A stretch of 64,000 bases of DNA from IMG/VR virus record IMGVR_UViG_3300042691_051382; one strand, 5' to 3'. Below are positions 22,195 to 31,729 of the stretch, one piece after another. The notes beneath the pieces were generated by a model. The model had not been told where the DNA came from, made no database searches, and was given only the letters and a program-made list of their open reading frames with translations. The number at the start of each line of letters is the position of its first letter. The first letter of the stretch is position 1. This stretch comes from a virus. The translations under genes and the position numbers were made by a program.

Positions 22195-23715
22195 TTAATA
22201 ATATCCATTTTTCTGAATATTTGCATCGAAGAAATCGTCGGGCTTGGGGATATCTTCGCGAGTGAGAATTTGCATTTCTTGAAAACCCATACTCAAACTA
22301 ATTTTTATCGGTGCTTTGAACGTCGGTCCACTCTCAATATCTGCAAATTCTTGGTGTGTTATAAGCGCACCGTTTTGAGAATAATTAACATTTGTATTCA
22401 ACAGAGCGCATATTTTGTATCTGGGTAAATATAAATTTTCTACCCACTGCCCACCACCCTGTTTGTCTTCTGCGTAAGTCATATTTTGCAGAAGAAACAC
22501 ACACGGAACAGTAACAAGAGCACTTCGATTTTGACGCGAAGGATGCGAATAATATTTCATCGCTGAAATAATTTTTGCGGCTTGACGTATTTCTTCTTGA
22601 GATTTTGCGTAAAAATTAACGTTCACCGTAAACGATCTTCTTCCAACCGATTCAAACAAAAATTCAAAGTTTTGAGCTGGTGCCACTCCTATTTTTGCGA
22701 GTGCCGATTGTACCAAAGTTCCGTATCTCTCGTTTCCTAAATTTGATTTTATAAATTCACCGGCTATGGTGCTTCCAAGCTCTTTGGCTGCATCCAAATA
22801 TCCACCACCTGCCGCAAGATTTGCGGCTATATTTTGAAGATTTGGTATAACATCAACTTGCTGTTTAGCGTTCCAATTGGTGCTGTAATTATAATTTAAA
22901 TTTTCGCCAGTTGCGTAAAGATATATTATGTTTTTAACTTCATCTGGCAACAATTTATTGCTTACAGTAGTTCTAGCCGAAACATAATCGCTCATACTTT
23001 TTACAACCGATTGTGGATCATATGATGTCAAGTATTTCGAAACATATTCTTTACCAACACCACTCGACAGAATCTTTTGAGCTTGTTCGCGAAACTGGTT
23101 TCTTGCATCATTCAATGCGCCTTCTTTTTGCGCCTGACTTACAACATTATTAAAATCTTGTGAATATTGATTGGCGCGATCTTGAAAGTTGTTGATTTCG
23201 CTGGAATACAAGTTTGGATTGTTTAACAAAACGTCGTTAGCAACATCGCTAAGTTCGGTCCAACCACTAGAAAATTTTTCCCAAGAACTATCACCAGAAA
23301 ATTGTCCGCTCATTAATTTTTGTATAAAATTTAAAGATTTTTGTTTTGCTTCTTTGGTTATAAGATTGCCACCAGCATAATCCAAAATAGTAATTTTCAG
23401 AATGTTGCGAGGAACTTCGTGACCGTTAACGTACGATTTGGAAGTAATGTTTCCCAGACTTTCTGGGTAATAGTAAATTTTATTGAGTATGCTGCTGTGA
23501 ACCGATTGATAATTTTTTATTAAAGCGTCAACCACTTCATCCACAGCCGGATTCACAGATTGCTTGGAATCTTCGCCGCGAGCAACATAATCAAAAAACG
23601 GATCATTTTCTCCAGACAGATTAGGTTTGTCTGGAATACCTGGTTTGCCCAAAACCTGCGATCTCAAATTGGTATCGATATAAGGTGTGTTTGGATTTTG
23701 TGGATCGTAAGGCAA
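22195..23715 (-). CDS. baseplate tail-tube cap gp48-like
   Basis: E.LF....RSF...F.AKS..E...I..I; KIC.L....VNY; MGFQE..ILTR. Probable TTG start at 23715 with AAGGA SD. Confidence 0.7.
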   Translation of the reverse strand: MPYDPQNPNTPYIDTNLRSQVLGKPGIPDKPNLSGENDPFFDYVARGEDSKQSVNPAVDEVVDALIKNYQSVHSSILNKIYYYPESLGNITSKSYVNGHEVPRNILKITILDYAGGNLITKEAKQKSLNFIQKLMSGQFSGDSSWEKFSSGWTELSDVANDVLLNNPNLYSSEINNFQDRANQYSQDFNNVVSQAQKEGALNDARNQFREQAQKILSSGVGKEYVSKYLTSYDPQSVVKSMSDYVSARTTVSNKLLPDEVKNIIYLYATGENLNYNYSTNWNAKQQVDVIPNLQNIAANLAAGGGYLDAAKELGSTIAGEFIKSNLGNERYGTLVQSALAKIGVAPAQNFEFLFESVGRRSFTVNVNFYAKSQEEIRQAAKIISAMKYYSHPSRQNRSALVTVPCVFLLQNMTYAEDKQGGGQWVENLYLPRYKICALLNTNVNYSQNGALITHQEFADIESGPTFKAPIKISLSMGFQEMQILTREDIPKPDDFFDANIQKNGYY

Positions 23716-23726
23716 GACTGGTTCCT

Positions 23727-23756
23727 TATTTATAAATAATTTCATATTTATTTATA
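23727..23756. promoter_or_regulatory. divergent late promoters (palindromic TATTTATAAATA plus a second TATTTATA)
   Basis: TATAAATA on both strands at 23727-23738 between divergent gp48 and gp4; second minus-strand copy at 23749-23756. Confidence 0.75.
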
Positions 23757-23776
23757 TTTAAAAAAGGAAACAATTT

Positions 23777-24235
23777 ACGGCTTACAAAGGTCGCTACAGT
23801 CCCCAAAATCCCAAAAAGTATCATGGTGATCCCACCAAGATATTTTACCGTAGTCTTTGGGAGCGCAAATTTATGAAATTTTGCGATACCAACAGCTCGA
23901 TCATTGAATGGTCAAGCGAAGAAATACAAATTCCATATTTTAGCTCGATAGACAAAAAGTACCATCGTTATTTTGTAGACTTCTGGATCAAAATCAAAGA
24001 CCGAGACGGTAACATCAAGTGTAAATTGATCGAAATCAAACCACACAAGCAAACCAAACAACCCAAACCCAAACAAAGACAAACACCGGCGTACCTGAAA
24101 GAAGTTAAGAATTGGGTTATAAATAATCATAAGTGGAGCGCAGCCAACAAATACTGTCAAGAAAGAGATTGGGAGTTTTTGATATTGACTGAAAAGCATT
24201 TGTTCAAAGAAAATGATGGTAAAAACGACAAATAA
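23777..24235 (+). CDS. head completion nuclease gp4 (TnsA-like); start at ACG 23777
   Basis: (T)AYKGRYSPQNPKKYHGDP..I.YRSLWERKFMKFCD, WSSEE..IPY, HRYFVDF, IEIKP, NxxKW.AA. Confidence 0.9.
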   Translation, partial: TAYKGRYSPQNPKKYHGDPTKIFYRSLWERKFMKFCDTNSSIIEWSSEEIQIPYFSSIDKKYHRYFVDFWIKIKDRDGNIKCKLIEIKPHKQTKQPKPKQRQTPAYLKEVKNWVINNHKWSAANKYCQERDWEFLILTEKHLFKENDGKNDK

Positions 24236-24599
24236 CCATAATTGGTTGCAAAAAATCGCTAAAGATCAAAAATACATCAAAATTTTTGATCCAAAAGAGC
24301 TTTTTGGTGGTTTTGTTGCATTAAGCTTCGACAAAAACGTTACTTCAACTCAAATATTTTGGCTAGTGGGCACAAAAAACAACAAAATTTTAGCGATTGA
24401 TGTTTCAAAGCTGCCGTTCAACACCAAAAAATATTTAATTTTGTCAGTTTTTAATGATTTTTTTAAAAACCATGAAAATATTGAACTTTTTGTTCACAAG
24501 AATCGTTTAAAAACCAAAATAGTAGAACTTTCACCCGAACAAATAACAAAATTTGTTGTGTTGGATGCGAGTAACGCCAGAAACATTTTACATTTTTAA
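24213..24599 (+). CDS. hypothetical protein (position of gp2-like genes)
   Basis: 128-aa ORF overlapping the gp4 end; no recognisable motif. Confidence 0.5.
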   Translation: MMVKTTNNHNWLQKIAKDQKYIKIFDPKELFGGFVALSFDKNVTSTQIFWLVGTKNNKILAIDVSKLPFNTKKYLILSVFNDFFKNHENIELFVHKNRLKTKIVELSPEQITKFVVLDASNARNILHF

Positions 24600-24607
24600 G
24601 GTAAAAT

Positions 24608-26071
24608 ATGCCAATCCCTCCTATTCCAGATAGACCGATAGCTCCAGATCAAAGTAAAATTTTACCCGATCCGAACAATGCTTCGTATCCTGCTTCGGGA
24701 TTCGAAAAGAAGTTTTTAGAGACATCTCCCAGACCACCCGAACTTACGGTGGCGGATCGTCTGGTTCAAGGCGCAGGAAATTTCGTAGAAACCACGTTCG
24801 AAGCCGTGGATGGTAAAGTTAGACGTGCAATTAAAAATGTAGACTCTAAAATATTTGATAGCAATTCAGCCGATCCGGAAAAAACAAATCAACTGCTGCG
24901 TTCCAAATATGTTCCCGAAATAAAGAACACTCGTGGTTTGATTGGTCAGTTTATTCAACATGCCGCTAGTGTTGGTTTTTCACGCGACAATCGTTTTGTT
25001 GTTTTAGTGTATGGTCCAAACATCAAAACAGACTTTTATAAAGATGCAATCAATCGAAAAAACTTTATAGCTTTCGGACGAAATGGATCTCGCAATTACA
25101 TAGACAAAGAACATCAACGTCGCCTTGCTTTGACATGCCAAGATGCAGTATTGGCTGGAAAAGCATTGATGACCGAAGATTTCAACACAACATCAAACGG
25201 TCCAGAAACTCGACACGCATATGCCGAAAACTATACGGGTGATTTATCGTTGACGTTTTTGAACAGCAACGATTTTTTCGAAAGAATGTATTTTGAAAAT
25301 TGGATGGAAAAAATTGTAAATCCTGGCAACCATGAAGTTGCGCTTTACGACGACTATGCAAAACCCTGGTCGATAATTGTGGCTTGTCTTCCTGCTAATT
25401 TTTATAATTTGAATAATTTGAACGATCGTTACGAAAGCGGAGCCACAATCGAAGATGTTAGCAAAAGCGTTGTTCTCGATAAGACCTCCGACATTTACTT
25501 TGTAAGATACGACCATGTTTATCCGTATCGAATAAACGATCAAACGTTGAGTGCCAGCAACACCAACACGAATTTGAAATTTACAGTTCAATTTAGATAC
25601 CACCGTTGGTACGATCCGGTGGTTCGCTACATGCAAGACAAAGAATACAAACGAGTTGGTTTGATGGGTATTCCAACAGCAGGTCAAGCTCTTGTGCAAA
25701 ATGCTTTGAGAAGAAAAAAACAAGATCGAGACATAGCGCAAAACTATGTACCTGTTAGAAATTTGGAAGGACCCAATTACGCTCCGATTCCGGATGTTCC
25801 TGAAAACGTGGGTTCCACCGAAGAAGAATTGAGTCCGTTTGAAAAATTTAAGAAAATTGCAAGAACCATAGCCAGATATTCGGATCCAAGAGAGCTGAAA
25901 GGTTTGATTGTAAACACAGGAATCGAACAACTTGGTGGTGTTATCGGCGAAGGAAATCTTGAAACGATTGCTCAGGGTGGTCAAATCGTAGACGTTTATC
26001 GTCAAACACCAAACAAAGATTATCAAACAACCACAAGCAAACTTATAGGACCACTTGGAAAAATATTATAA
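24608..26071 (+). CDS. tail-tube initiator gp54-like protein
   Basis: G.SR.NRF.V, L.C....L.GK, LTF...D..ER.YFE.W, YDDY, YP, F.V.F.Y. Confidence 0.65.
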   Translation: MPIPPIPDRPIAPDQSKILPDPNNASYPASGFEKKFLETSPRPPELTVADRLVQGAGNFVETTFEAVDGKVRRAIKNVDSKIFDSNSADPEKTNQLLRSKYVPEIKNTRGLIGQFIQHAASVGFSRDNRFVVLVYGPNIKTDFYKDAINRKNFIAFGRNGSRNYIDKEHQRRLALTCQDAVLAGKALMTEDFNTTSNGPETRHAYAENYTGDLSLTFLNSNDFFERMYFENWMEKIVNPGNHEVALYDDYAKPWSIIVACLPANFYNLNNLNDRYESGATIEDVSKSVVLDKTSDIYFVRYDHVYPYRINDQTLSASNTNTNLKFTVQFRYHRWYDPVVRYMQDKEYKRVGLMGIPTAGQALVQNALRRKKQDRDIAQNYVPVRNLEGPNYAPIPDVPENVGSTEEELSPFEKFKKIARTIARYSDPRELKGLIVNTGIEQLGGVIGEGNLETIAQGGQIVDVYRQTPNKDYQTTTSKLIGPLGKIL

Positions 26072-26084
26072 TTAAGGATTTTTT

Positions 26085-26789
26085 ATGCCATTACCACAAA
26101 TTGATGTGCCGATTTACGAATTGCAACTTGTATCCAAAGAACAAAAAATACAGTATCGTCCTTTTTTAGTAAAAGAAAAGAAAATACTCATGATCGCTGC
26201 CGAATCGAAAGATCCGTCCGCAGCGTATCTTGCGGTAAAACAGATTGTCAACAACTGTACCTTCAATAAAATTGATGTTGAAGATCTGGCACTTTTTGAT
26301 CTGCAATATTTGTTTTTAAATATACGCAGCAAATCGATCGGTGAAGTTAGTGAATTTAAGTTTTCTTGTCCAAAATGTAAAAACAAAATTTTGTCGTCTA
26401 TAAATTTTGAAGAAATAAAAATAACCAAAGATCCAAACCACGACAAGAAAATAATGATAACCGATAAAATTGGTATCGTTATGAAGTACCCCAACATGCA
26501 AATCGAGAAATTAGCAAAGCAGAATTATGGGCGCGAAGAGTTGGATCTTAAGGTTGTGGTTTCTTGTATCGACTATGTTTTTGATCAAGAGCAAGTTTAT
26601 TACTCGAAAGATATAACTCAAAAAGAATTGGAAGAATTGATTGAAAGTTTAACCGAACAACAGTTTAAAAAGATAAGCAAGTTTTTTGATACACTACCAT
26701 CTTTAAAACACAATATTCCATACGCATGCTCGTCTTGTGGTCACGCCGATACGTATGAAGTAAAGGATCTTTATGGTTTTTTCGCCTGA
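26085..26789 (+). CDS. baseplate hub assembly protein gp26
   Basis: MPLP.I..P.YEL, YRPFLVKE.KIL..A.ES, FD..YLFL.IR.KS.GE, CxxC, FF..LP.L, CxxC, ends FFA. Confidence 0.92.
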   Translation: MPLPQIDVPIYELQLVSKEQKIQYRPFLVKEKKILMIAAESKDPSAAYLAVKQIVNNCTFNKIDVEDLALFDLQYLFLNIRSKSIGEVSEFKFSCPKCKNKILSSINFEEIKITKDPNHDKKIMITDKIGIVMKYPNMQIEKLAKQNYGREELDLKVVVSCIDYVFDQEQVYYSKDITQKELEELIESLTEQQFKKISKFFDTLPSLKHNIPYACSSCGHADTYEVKDLYGFFA

Positions 26790-26971
26790 GCTGCATCGAT
26801 GAAAATTTGTATCAGTACTATAAATTAAATTTTCAATTGATGCAGCATCACAAGTATTCTTTGAACGATTTGGAAAACATGGTGCCTTGGGAAAGAGAAA
26901 TTTATATTATTATGATACGCGACTATATCGATGAGGAAAACAAGCGTCTTGCTCAGCAAAATAGAGGATAA
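26777..26971 (+). CDS. gp51-like hub assembly catalyst (in -1 frame relative to gp26)
   Basis: Not in the ORF track. ENLYQYYKLNFQLMQHHKYSLNDLENMVPWEREIY is the gp51 signature; the first in-frame ATG (26840) lies inside the conserved block. Confidence 0.85.
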   Translation, partial: FFRLSCIDENLYQYYKLNFQLMQHHKYSLNDLENMVPWEREIYIIMIRDYIDEENKRLAQQNRG

Positions 26972-26973
26972 AA

Positions 26974-28923
26974 ATGGAAAAGTTAGATTTTACAAAAAAT
27001 GTAGAATTTGAAAACACTCCGGGTTCAATTGCAAAGATCATTGTGTCGATTGTTGAAGCCAACAAAACTGTTGATCAAGTTGCAAATGCTGAACCATCTG
27101 CAAAACAAGACACTCCTCCAGCTCAAAAAACAGAGACTACCACAAAACAAAATGATCTTGATATAGCACCAAGAAGCAACGAAGATAAAAAAGAAACTTA
27201 CGACACGGTTTTCACATCAAGCAAAGCTGATGATATTGAAGCTGGTGGTTCAAATTTAAATCCCGAATCAATATCTGTTAATGTACCACCGGTCGAAGAA
27301 CCAACACAAGAAGATCAAAAAACTATTGCGATCGATTCTGTTGCGATTCAACCCGACATCGATCAGCAAAAAACTGACGCAAATCAAGACCCGCAAGAAC
27401 CTAAAGATCAACAGCCACCCGATACCAAACAAGATGCGGATCAAAGTAAAATTGTTTCTCAAATTTTACAAGAAGTTCAGAAAATAGAAAGTGCTTTGAT
27501 ACCAAACGATTCGGATGCTCCAGATGTTAAGTTATCAGAACAATCTACCGATATTGCAGGTTTTCAAGAACAATTAAAATCTGATCAGCAAGAAGAAAAT
27601 AGAGCCAACGCAAAATTTGAGAAAATACAAAAAGAACACGCAAAAATATTCAATAACATTTATAATGAAGTTTCAAAGATTGAAAAATCACTTGAAAAAG
27701 ATCGTTTCGCAGCTGAAGAAGCCGAACGAGAAGCGCAAGTAACACGCGAAAAAGATGTTGAACTGAAACAAGAACAAAAAACAGAAGATAAAAAGCAGGA
27801 TGGTTTTTTTGAAAACATGTTTGGTATGCTTGGTTTTGGTGGTTTATTTAAAACTATCAAAGATTTTGGGAAAACTATATTTGATCTTTCTAAAAACATA
27901 TTTTCGCTTGTTGGAAAAATTGGACCAATGTTGTCTCGGCTTGCTTCTGGAGCCGGTGGTGCTATTTCTGCTGCAGGCAAAACTATAGCATCAGGGCTTG
28001 GAACAGCCACAAGTTTTTTGACGGGTGGCTTGGGTGTAGGCGGTTTGATGACTTCGAGTGCGGGAGCAGCACTTAGCGGAAGTTTGGGTGCTGGTGCGGC
28101 AATAGGAGCTGGTGGAGCAGCTTTGGGCGCAGCAGCTGGTGGTTTTTATGCTGGTGATTATATTGCAGAAAAAGCCGGAGTTGGTATTTATGGGTGGGCG
28201 CAAGAAGCCGAAAAACAGGGCGAACAAGCAGCTAAAGCAGCAGAAAATGAACCAGATGAATTGAAGAAACTGCAACTTGAAGTGATGGCTCTCGAGAATA
28301 AAGCCAATGCTGAAAGAAATAGAAGTCTTGGTGGTGCTGTAGGATTGTTCCGTAAAGAAGGTGTTGCAAGTGAAGAAACTTTACAGCAAATAAAAGAAAA
28401 AAGAGAAAAGATGAATAAGTTGGCGAGCGAGAGAAAAAAAGCGGAACAAGAATTAAAAGCTTATAAAGAATCTATGGGATTGGAAGAGCCAGCTTCTACA
28501 ACGCAATCCACCGATCAAATGCAAACTGTTTCAGTGGGACAGCAAACTCCAGCCACTACCGAAAGCACTCAATCTACTACGGTAGACGCAAAAGACGGTA
28601 GCGCAAACACAGATTTAACATCATATCAAACAACTAATGCACAACTAGAATACGAGACTGTTACGGTTGGTGATAATATTCCAGCTAGAATCGATCGCAT
28701 ACCCGAAACAGTAGAGTCGGTGAAAGCAACCAATGAAGCTCAAACTTCAGCATCGATGACGGTCAATGAAGTAATGCGTTTGGCTAACATGCAGACATCT
28801 CAAAAAGCATCGGCTGCGCCGGTGGTTAATCAAGTGACTGTCAACAACTCATCACAGTCTTACAATTCGGGTGGTCAATTCCGAAGACCGATAGAACCTG
28901 AAGTATCAAGAAGAAGAACATAA
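26974..28923 (+). CDS. putative tape measure / gp29-like hub protein
   Basis: 649 aa, coiled-coil plus G/A-rich hydrophobic segment, C-terminal APVVN..TVNN; follows gp26/gp51. Confidence 0.65.
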   Translation: MEKLDFTKNVEFENTPGSIAKIIVSIVEANKTVDQVANAEPSAKQDTPPAQKTETTTKQNDLDIAPRSNEDKKETYDTVFTSSKADDIEAGGSNLNPESISVNVPPVEEPTQEDQKTIAIDSVAIQPDIDQQKTDANQDPQEPKDQQPPDTKQDADQSKIVSQILQEVQKIESALIPNDSDAPDVKLSEQSTDIAGFQEQLKSDQQEENRANAKFEKIQKEHAKIFNNIYNEVSKIEKSLEKDRFAAEEAEREAQVTREKDVELKQEQKTEDKKQDGFFENMFGMLGFGGLFKTIKDFGKTIFDLSKNIFSLVGKIGPMLSRLASGAGGAISAAGKTIASGLGTATSFLTGGLGVGGLMTSSAGAALSGSLGAGAAIGAGGAALGAAAGGFYAGDYIAEKAGVGIYGWAQEAEKQGEQAAKAAENEPDELKKLQLEVMALENKANAERNRSLGGAVGLFRKEGVASEETLQQIKEKREKMNKLASERKKAEQELKAYKESMGLEEPASTTQSTDQMQTVSVGQQTPATTESTQSTTVDAKDGSANTDLTSYQTTNAQLEYETVTVGDNIPARIDRIPETVESVKATNEAQTSASMTVNEVMRLANMQTSQKASAAPVVNQVTVNNSSQSYNSGGQFRRPIEPEVSRRRT

Positions 28924-28952
28924 AAAAAGGGAGCCGAAAGGCTCCCTTTTTT
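28922..28952. terminator. bidirectional intrinsic terminator
   Basis: A7-GGGAGCC-GAAA-GGCTCCC-T6 between convergent genes. Confidence 0.9.
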
Positions 28953-28969
28953 GTTAGCACATCAACCAA

Positions 28970-29863
28970 TTATTCTTCGGCTGCAAGACGCTTGAAATAG
29001 CTGATGTTATCGTCTTCTTCGATGTCTGCCTCGAACGGAGGAGCATTATCGGTAGGCTTGGCAGTTTCCTTCTTGGCTGCAAACTTACTCGAAGGATTCG
29101 AGTCGTTGATACCAGGCTTCTGCTTACCAGCAATAACTTGCGAGAACTTGGTTTGAAGTTCTTCGTAGCTCTTGAATTCGCCGGGTGCAACAAATTCATT
29201 GAGCTTGTGCTGCTGCTTCCAAAGCTTCTCGAGCTTGCTGTCGTCACCGTCAAACAAAGCAGTGGGTGACGCAAATTCGCTAGCATCGTAGTTGGGGAAA
29301 TCGCTAATCGTACGAACCTTCAACTTGAAGTTGCGACCCTTCCAGAAATCAAAAGGATTGATCGGCTCTTCGCCAGCAAACTGAGGAGTCATCGATTCGG
29401 TGATCTTGTCAAAGATCTTCTTGCCGTAGTTGTACAGGAAGATCTTGCCTTCGTTTTCCTTGTGAGCCGGATCGCTGATCACAAGAATGTTGCTGATGTA
29501 ACGCAACTTGCGCTTGCGTGCACGAGCGATCTCCTTGTCGCTTTCGATGCCGCTGTTCCAAAGAACACTGTTGGCTTCGCAAATCGGACACTTCTGACCA
29601 AGAGTGGTGGGGCAGTTCTCGATGAACCAATCGCCACCCGGACCACGGAAGCCGTGCGAGAAGATTCGTGCCCACGGAATCTCTTCGCCCTCACAAGCCG
29701 GAAGGAAGCGGATTACCGCAAAACCGTTGCCGCTCTTGTCGCGCTCGATGTTCCAAAAGCGGTCATCCTTGAAAGATTCTCCACCCTTGTTCATCTTTTC
29801 CAACTCGCGGCTCAGAGACGCAATGTTGCTCTGAGACTGCTTCTTCAAATTCTGAAAACTCAT
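28970..29863 (-). CDS. single-stranded DNA binding protein gp32
   Basis: DDRFW...DKSGNG.AVIRFLP, WFIENCPTT, YGKKIFDKI, NPFDFW.G.NFKLK, acidic tail YFKRLAAEE. Confidence 0.96.
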   Translation of the reverse strand: MSFQNLKKQSQSNIASLSRELEKMNKGGESFKDDRFWNIERDKSGNGFAVIRFLPACEGEEIPWARIFSHGFRGPGGDWFIENCPTTLGQKCPICEANSVLWNSGIESDKEIARARKRKLRYISNILVISDPAHKENEGKIFLYNYGKKIFDKITESMTPQFAGEEPINPFDFWKGRNFKLKVRTISDFPNYDASEFASPTALFDGDDSKLEKLWKQQHKLNEFVAPGEFKSYEELQTKFSQVIAGKQKPGINDSNPSSKFAAKKETAKPTDNAPPFEADIEEDDNISYFKRLAAEE

Positions 29864-29918
29864 ATTTTACTCCTTATGTAAAGTTTTGTGTGTTTGTGTG
29901 AGTTTTGTGTACAAATAT

Positions 29919-30539
29919 TTATGCAACCGAGTAACGATTTACATTATCTAGTAGTACTTTTTTATACTGTTTGATATTGTTTATTTTTAAAAAACATTTG
30001 TACTTTTTGAATTTAAGTGACATGCTATTGTATGCAGCATCTTCTGAAAGTTTACGATCAAATTGCTTATTAAATTCAAGAATAAAATCTAAAATTACAT
30101 ATGTTTCGGGGTTGATTTGTTTGCGCATCAAAAGCTTAAATATCTCTGGATGCGTGGCTTCGCACGAGAATAAATCGTCAAATTTTTGATTGTTATTTTC
30201 TAAGTAATTGCAAATAGTTTCTACATCTTGTTGATAATTATATTCGATACTTTCGTTTCGTTTGCACCATTCTTTGTACACTTCTTCCAATCGAGTCGTT
30301 AAAAAATCTCCAATCCAAACATTTTCATCCACTAAAAAATTCGAAACAAACAAATTTACTATTTGATCGTCTCGATATTTCTTGCTGATTTTTTCAAAAA
30401 AATATCTATCTTTTCGACTTAAAAAAGTCGAGTGTTTGGCTTTGACATTTCCGTATTTTGTATAATCGTACGAAGCACTGGTAAAATGAGACTTTACACC
30501 AAGGTAAGTTTTATAAACTGTAAAAGCATCCATTGTCAC
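29919..30539 (-). CDS. helicase loader gp59
   Basis: YK.YL..K.HFT...YDY.KY, R.D.YFFEK. Confidence 0.92.
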   Translation of the reverse strand: MTMDAFTVYKTYLGVKSHFTSASYDYTKYGNVKAKHSTFLSRKDRYFFEKISKKYRDDQIVNLFVSNFLVDENVWIGDFLTTRLEEVYKEWCKRNESIEYNYQQDVETICNYLENNNQKFDDLFSCEATHPEIFKLLMRKQINPETYVILDFILEFNKQFDRKLSEDAAYNSMSLKFKKYKCFLKINNIKQYKKVLLDNVNRYSVA

Positions 30540-30540
30540 C

Positions 30541-30768
30541 TCACAGTGGCAAAGAGTTTTTCTTTGGTCTCAAATTGAGTTGTTGTCCTTCAAAATCCAC
30601 TTTTTCTTTTATTGATTTGCTGATAAGCTTTCCGATAGAGTCTGGTTCGATTTGATTCAACTCACACAAACACAGTATGGCTTCAATATACTTGCAATTG
30701 TTCTTTTGTCGATATTCTTCAATTTGTTTGTTGAATGTTTTTTTGTCTAATTTAAATGATGCACCCAT
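30541..30768 (-). CDS. late transcription coactivator gp33
   Basis: YIEAI...CE.N.IE...I.KLI.K..KEK...E...LN. Confidence 0.88.
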   Translation of the reverse strand: MGASFKLDKKTFNKQIEEYRQKNNCKYIEAILCLCELNQIEPDSIGKLISKSIKEKVDFEGQQLNLRPKKNSLPL

Positions 30769-30773
30769 AATAA

Positions 30774-31478
30774 TTACTCCTTGATTTTGTTTTGTATTTC
30801 TTGAAAATCGTTTGCTTTCCAATAATCTTTAATGGTTTTGTTTAAACTCTTTAAATAATTTTTGGGGTTCTTTTTGAATTCTTGCACTGTTCCGTCTTCG
30901 CTGCTGATCAATATCACAATTTGATTAACAGGAGTGCCTGTTAATTCTTGATACATCAGCGAGTAGCAACTTGCTTGTTCAAAATAATTGGTGATCCAGT
31001 CTTCACGCTTTTGTTTTCCGGATCCTTTAAAGTCAATAATCGACAAAACACCATCGTATTCGGCAATACAGTCAACTCTACCAGCCATTCGCAAAGTATC
31101 CGACCACATGGGTGATTCTTGCAAATGTATGTTGTTTATCTTGTCTAATTGTTCTTGCATCTGCTGAAAAAGATAAACCGTCAATAAATTTTTGTTTTTC
31201 TTGTAGTCGTCTTGGTTTTTTAGATACTTCTCGATCATTTCATGCAATTCGTTTCCACGATTTGATGCATGTTTGCTCAATTTTTCATTGTCGGGATTTT
31301 TTCTCCATTCGGCAAAAAATTCACTTTTTGCAAATCCCGTGACTGTGGTCACCGAAGGATACCAATAATTTGGCATTCTTGGCGAACGATAAAAGCGTCC
31401 GAAGCTTGTCTCTTTGGAACATATCAATCCACAATCGTGTGGCATCTTTGATGAAACATCAACACGGTTGAATTTCAT
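30774..31478 (-). CDS. PD-(D/E)xK exonuclease
   Basis: YPSVTTV, RG...H...E.YL, AGRVDCIAEYDG.LSIIDFK, YF.Q...Y. Confidence 0.88.
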   Translation of the reverse strand: MKFNRVDVSSKMPHDCGLICSKETSFGRFYRSPRMPNYWYPSVTTVTGFAKSEFFAEWRKNPDNEKLSKHASNRGNELHEMIEKYLKNQDDYKKNKNLLTVYLFQQMQEQLDKINNIHLQESPMWSDTLRMAGRVDCIAEYDGVLSIIDFKGSGKQKREDWITNYFEQASCYSLMYQELTGTPVNQIVILISSEDGTVQEFKKNPKNYLKSLNKTIKDYWKANDFQEIQNKIKE

Positions 31479-31729
31479 GAATACTTGCTTTGTATGTTGG
31501 TTCGATTGGATCTATTGAATTTAGACATAACTTCATGCCAACCCTTGTCGTGCTTTTTTACTCCGATATTAACTGGATCACAAACGGCAGGTATACCAAT
31601 AGAAAGTTCAACTTTCTTTTTGCCGCATGATGGGCATGCTTTTTTGGTGGGTTTGTTGCGATCTGCAACTTTTTGAAATTCTTCAAACTTGTGATTGCAC
31701 GAACCACAAGTGTAATCATACAAAGGCAT
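31475..31729 (-). CDS. FmdB-like zinc-ribbon protein
   Basis: MPLYDY.C..C...FE...CP.CG. Confidence 0.85.
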   Translation of the reverse strand: MPLYDYTCGSCNHKFEEFQKVADRNKPTKKACPSCGKKKVELSIGIPAVCDPVNIGVKKHDKGWHEVMSKFNRSNRTNIQSKYS

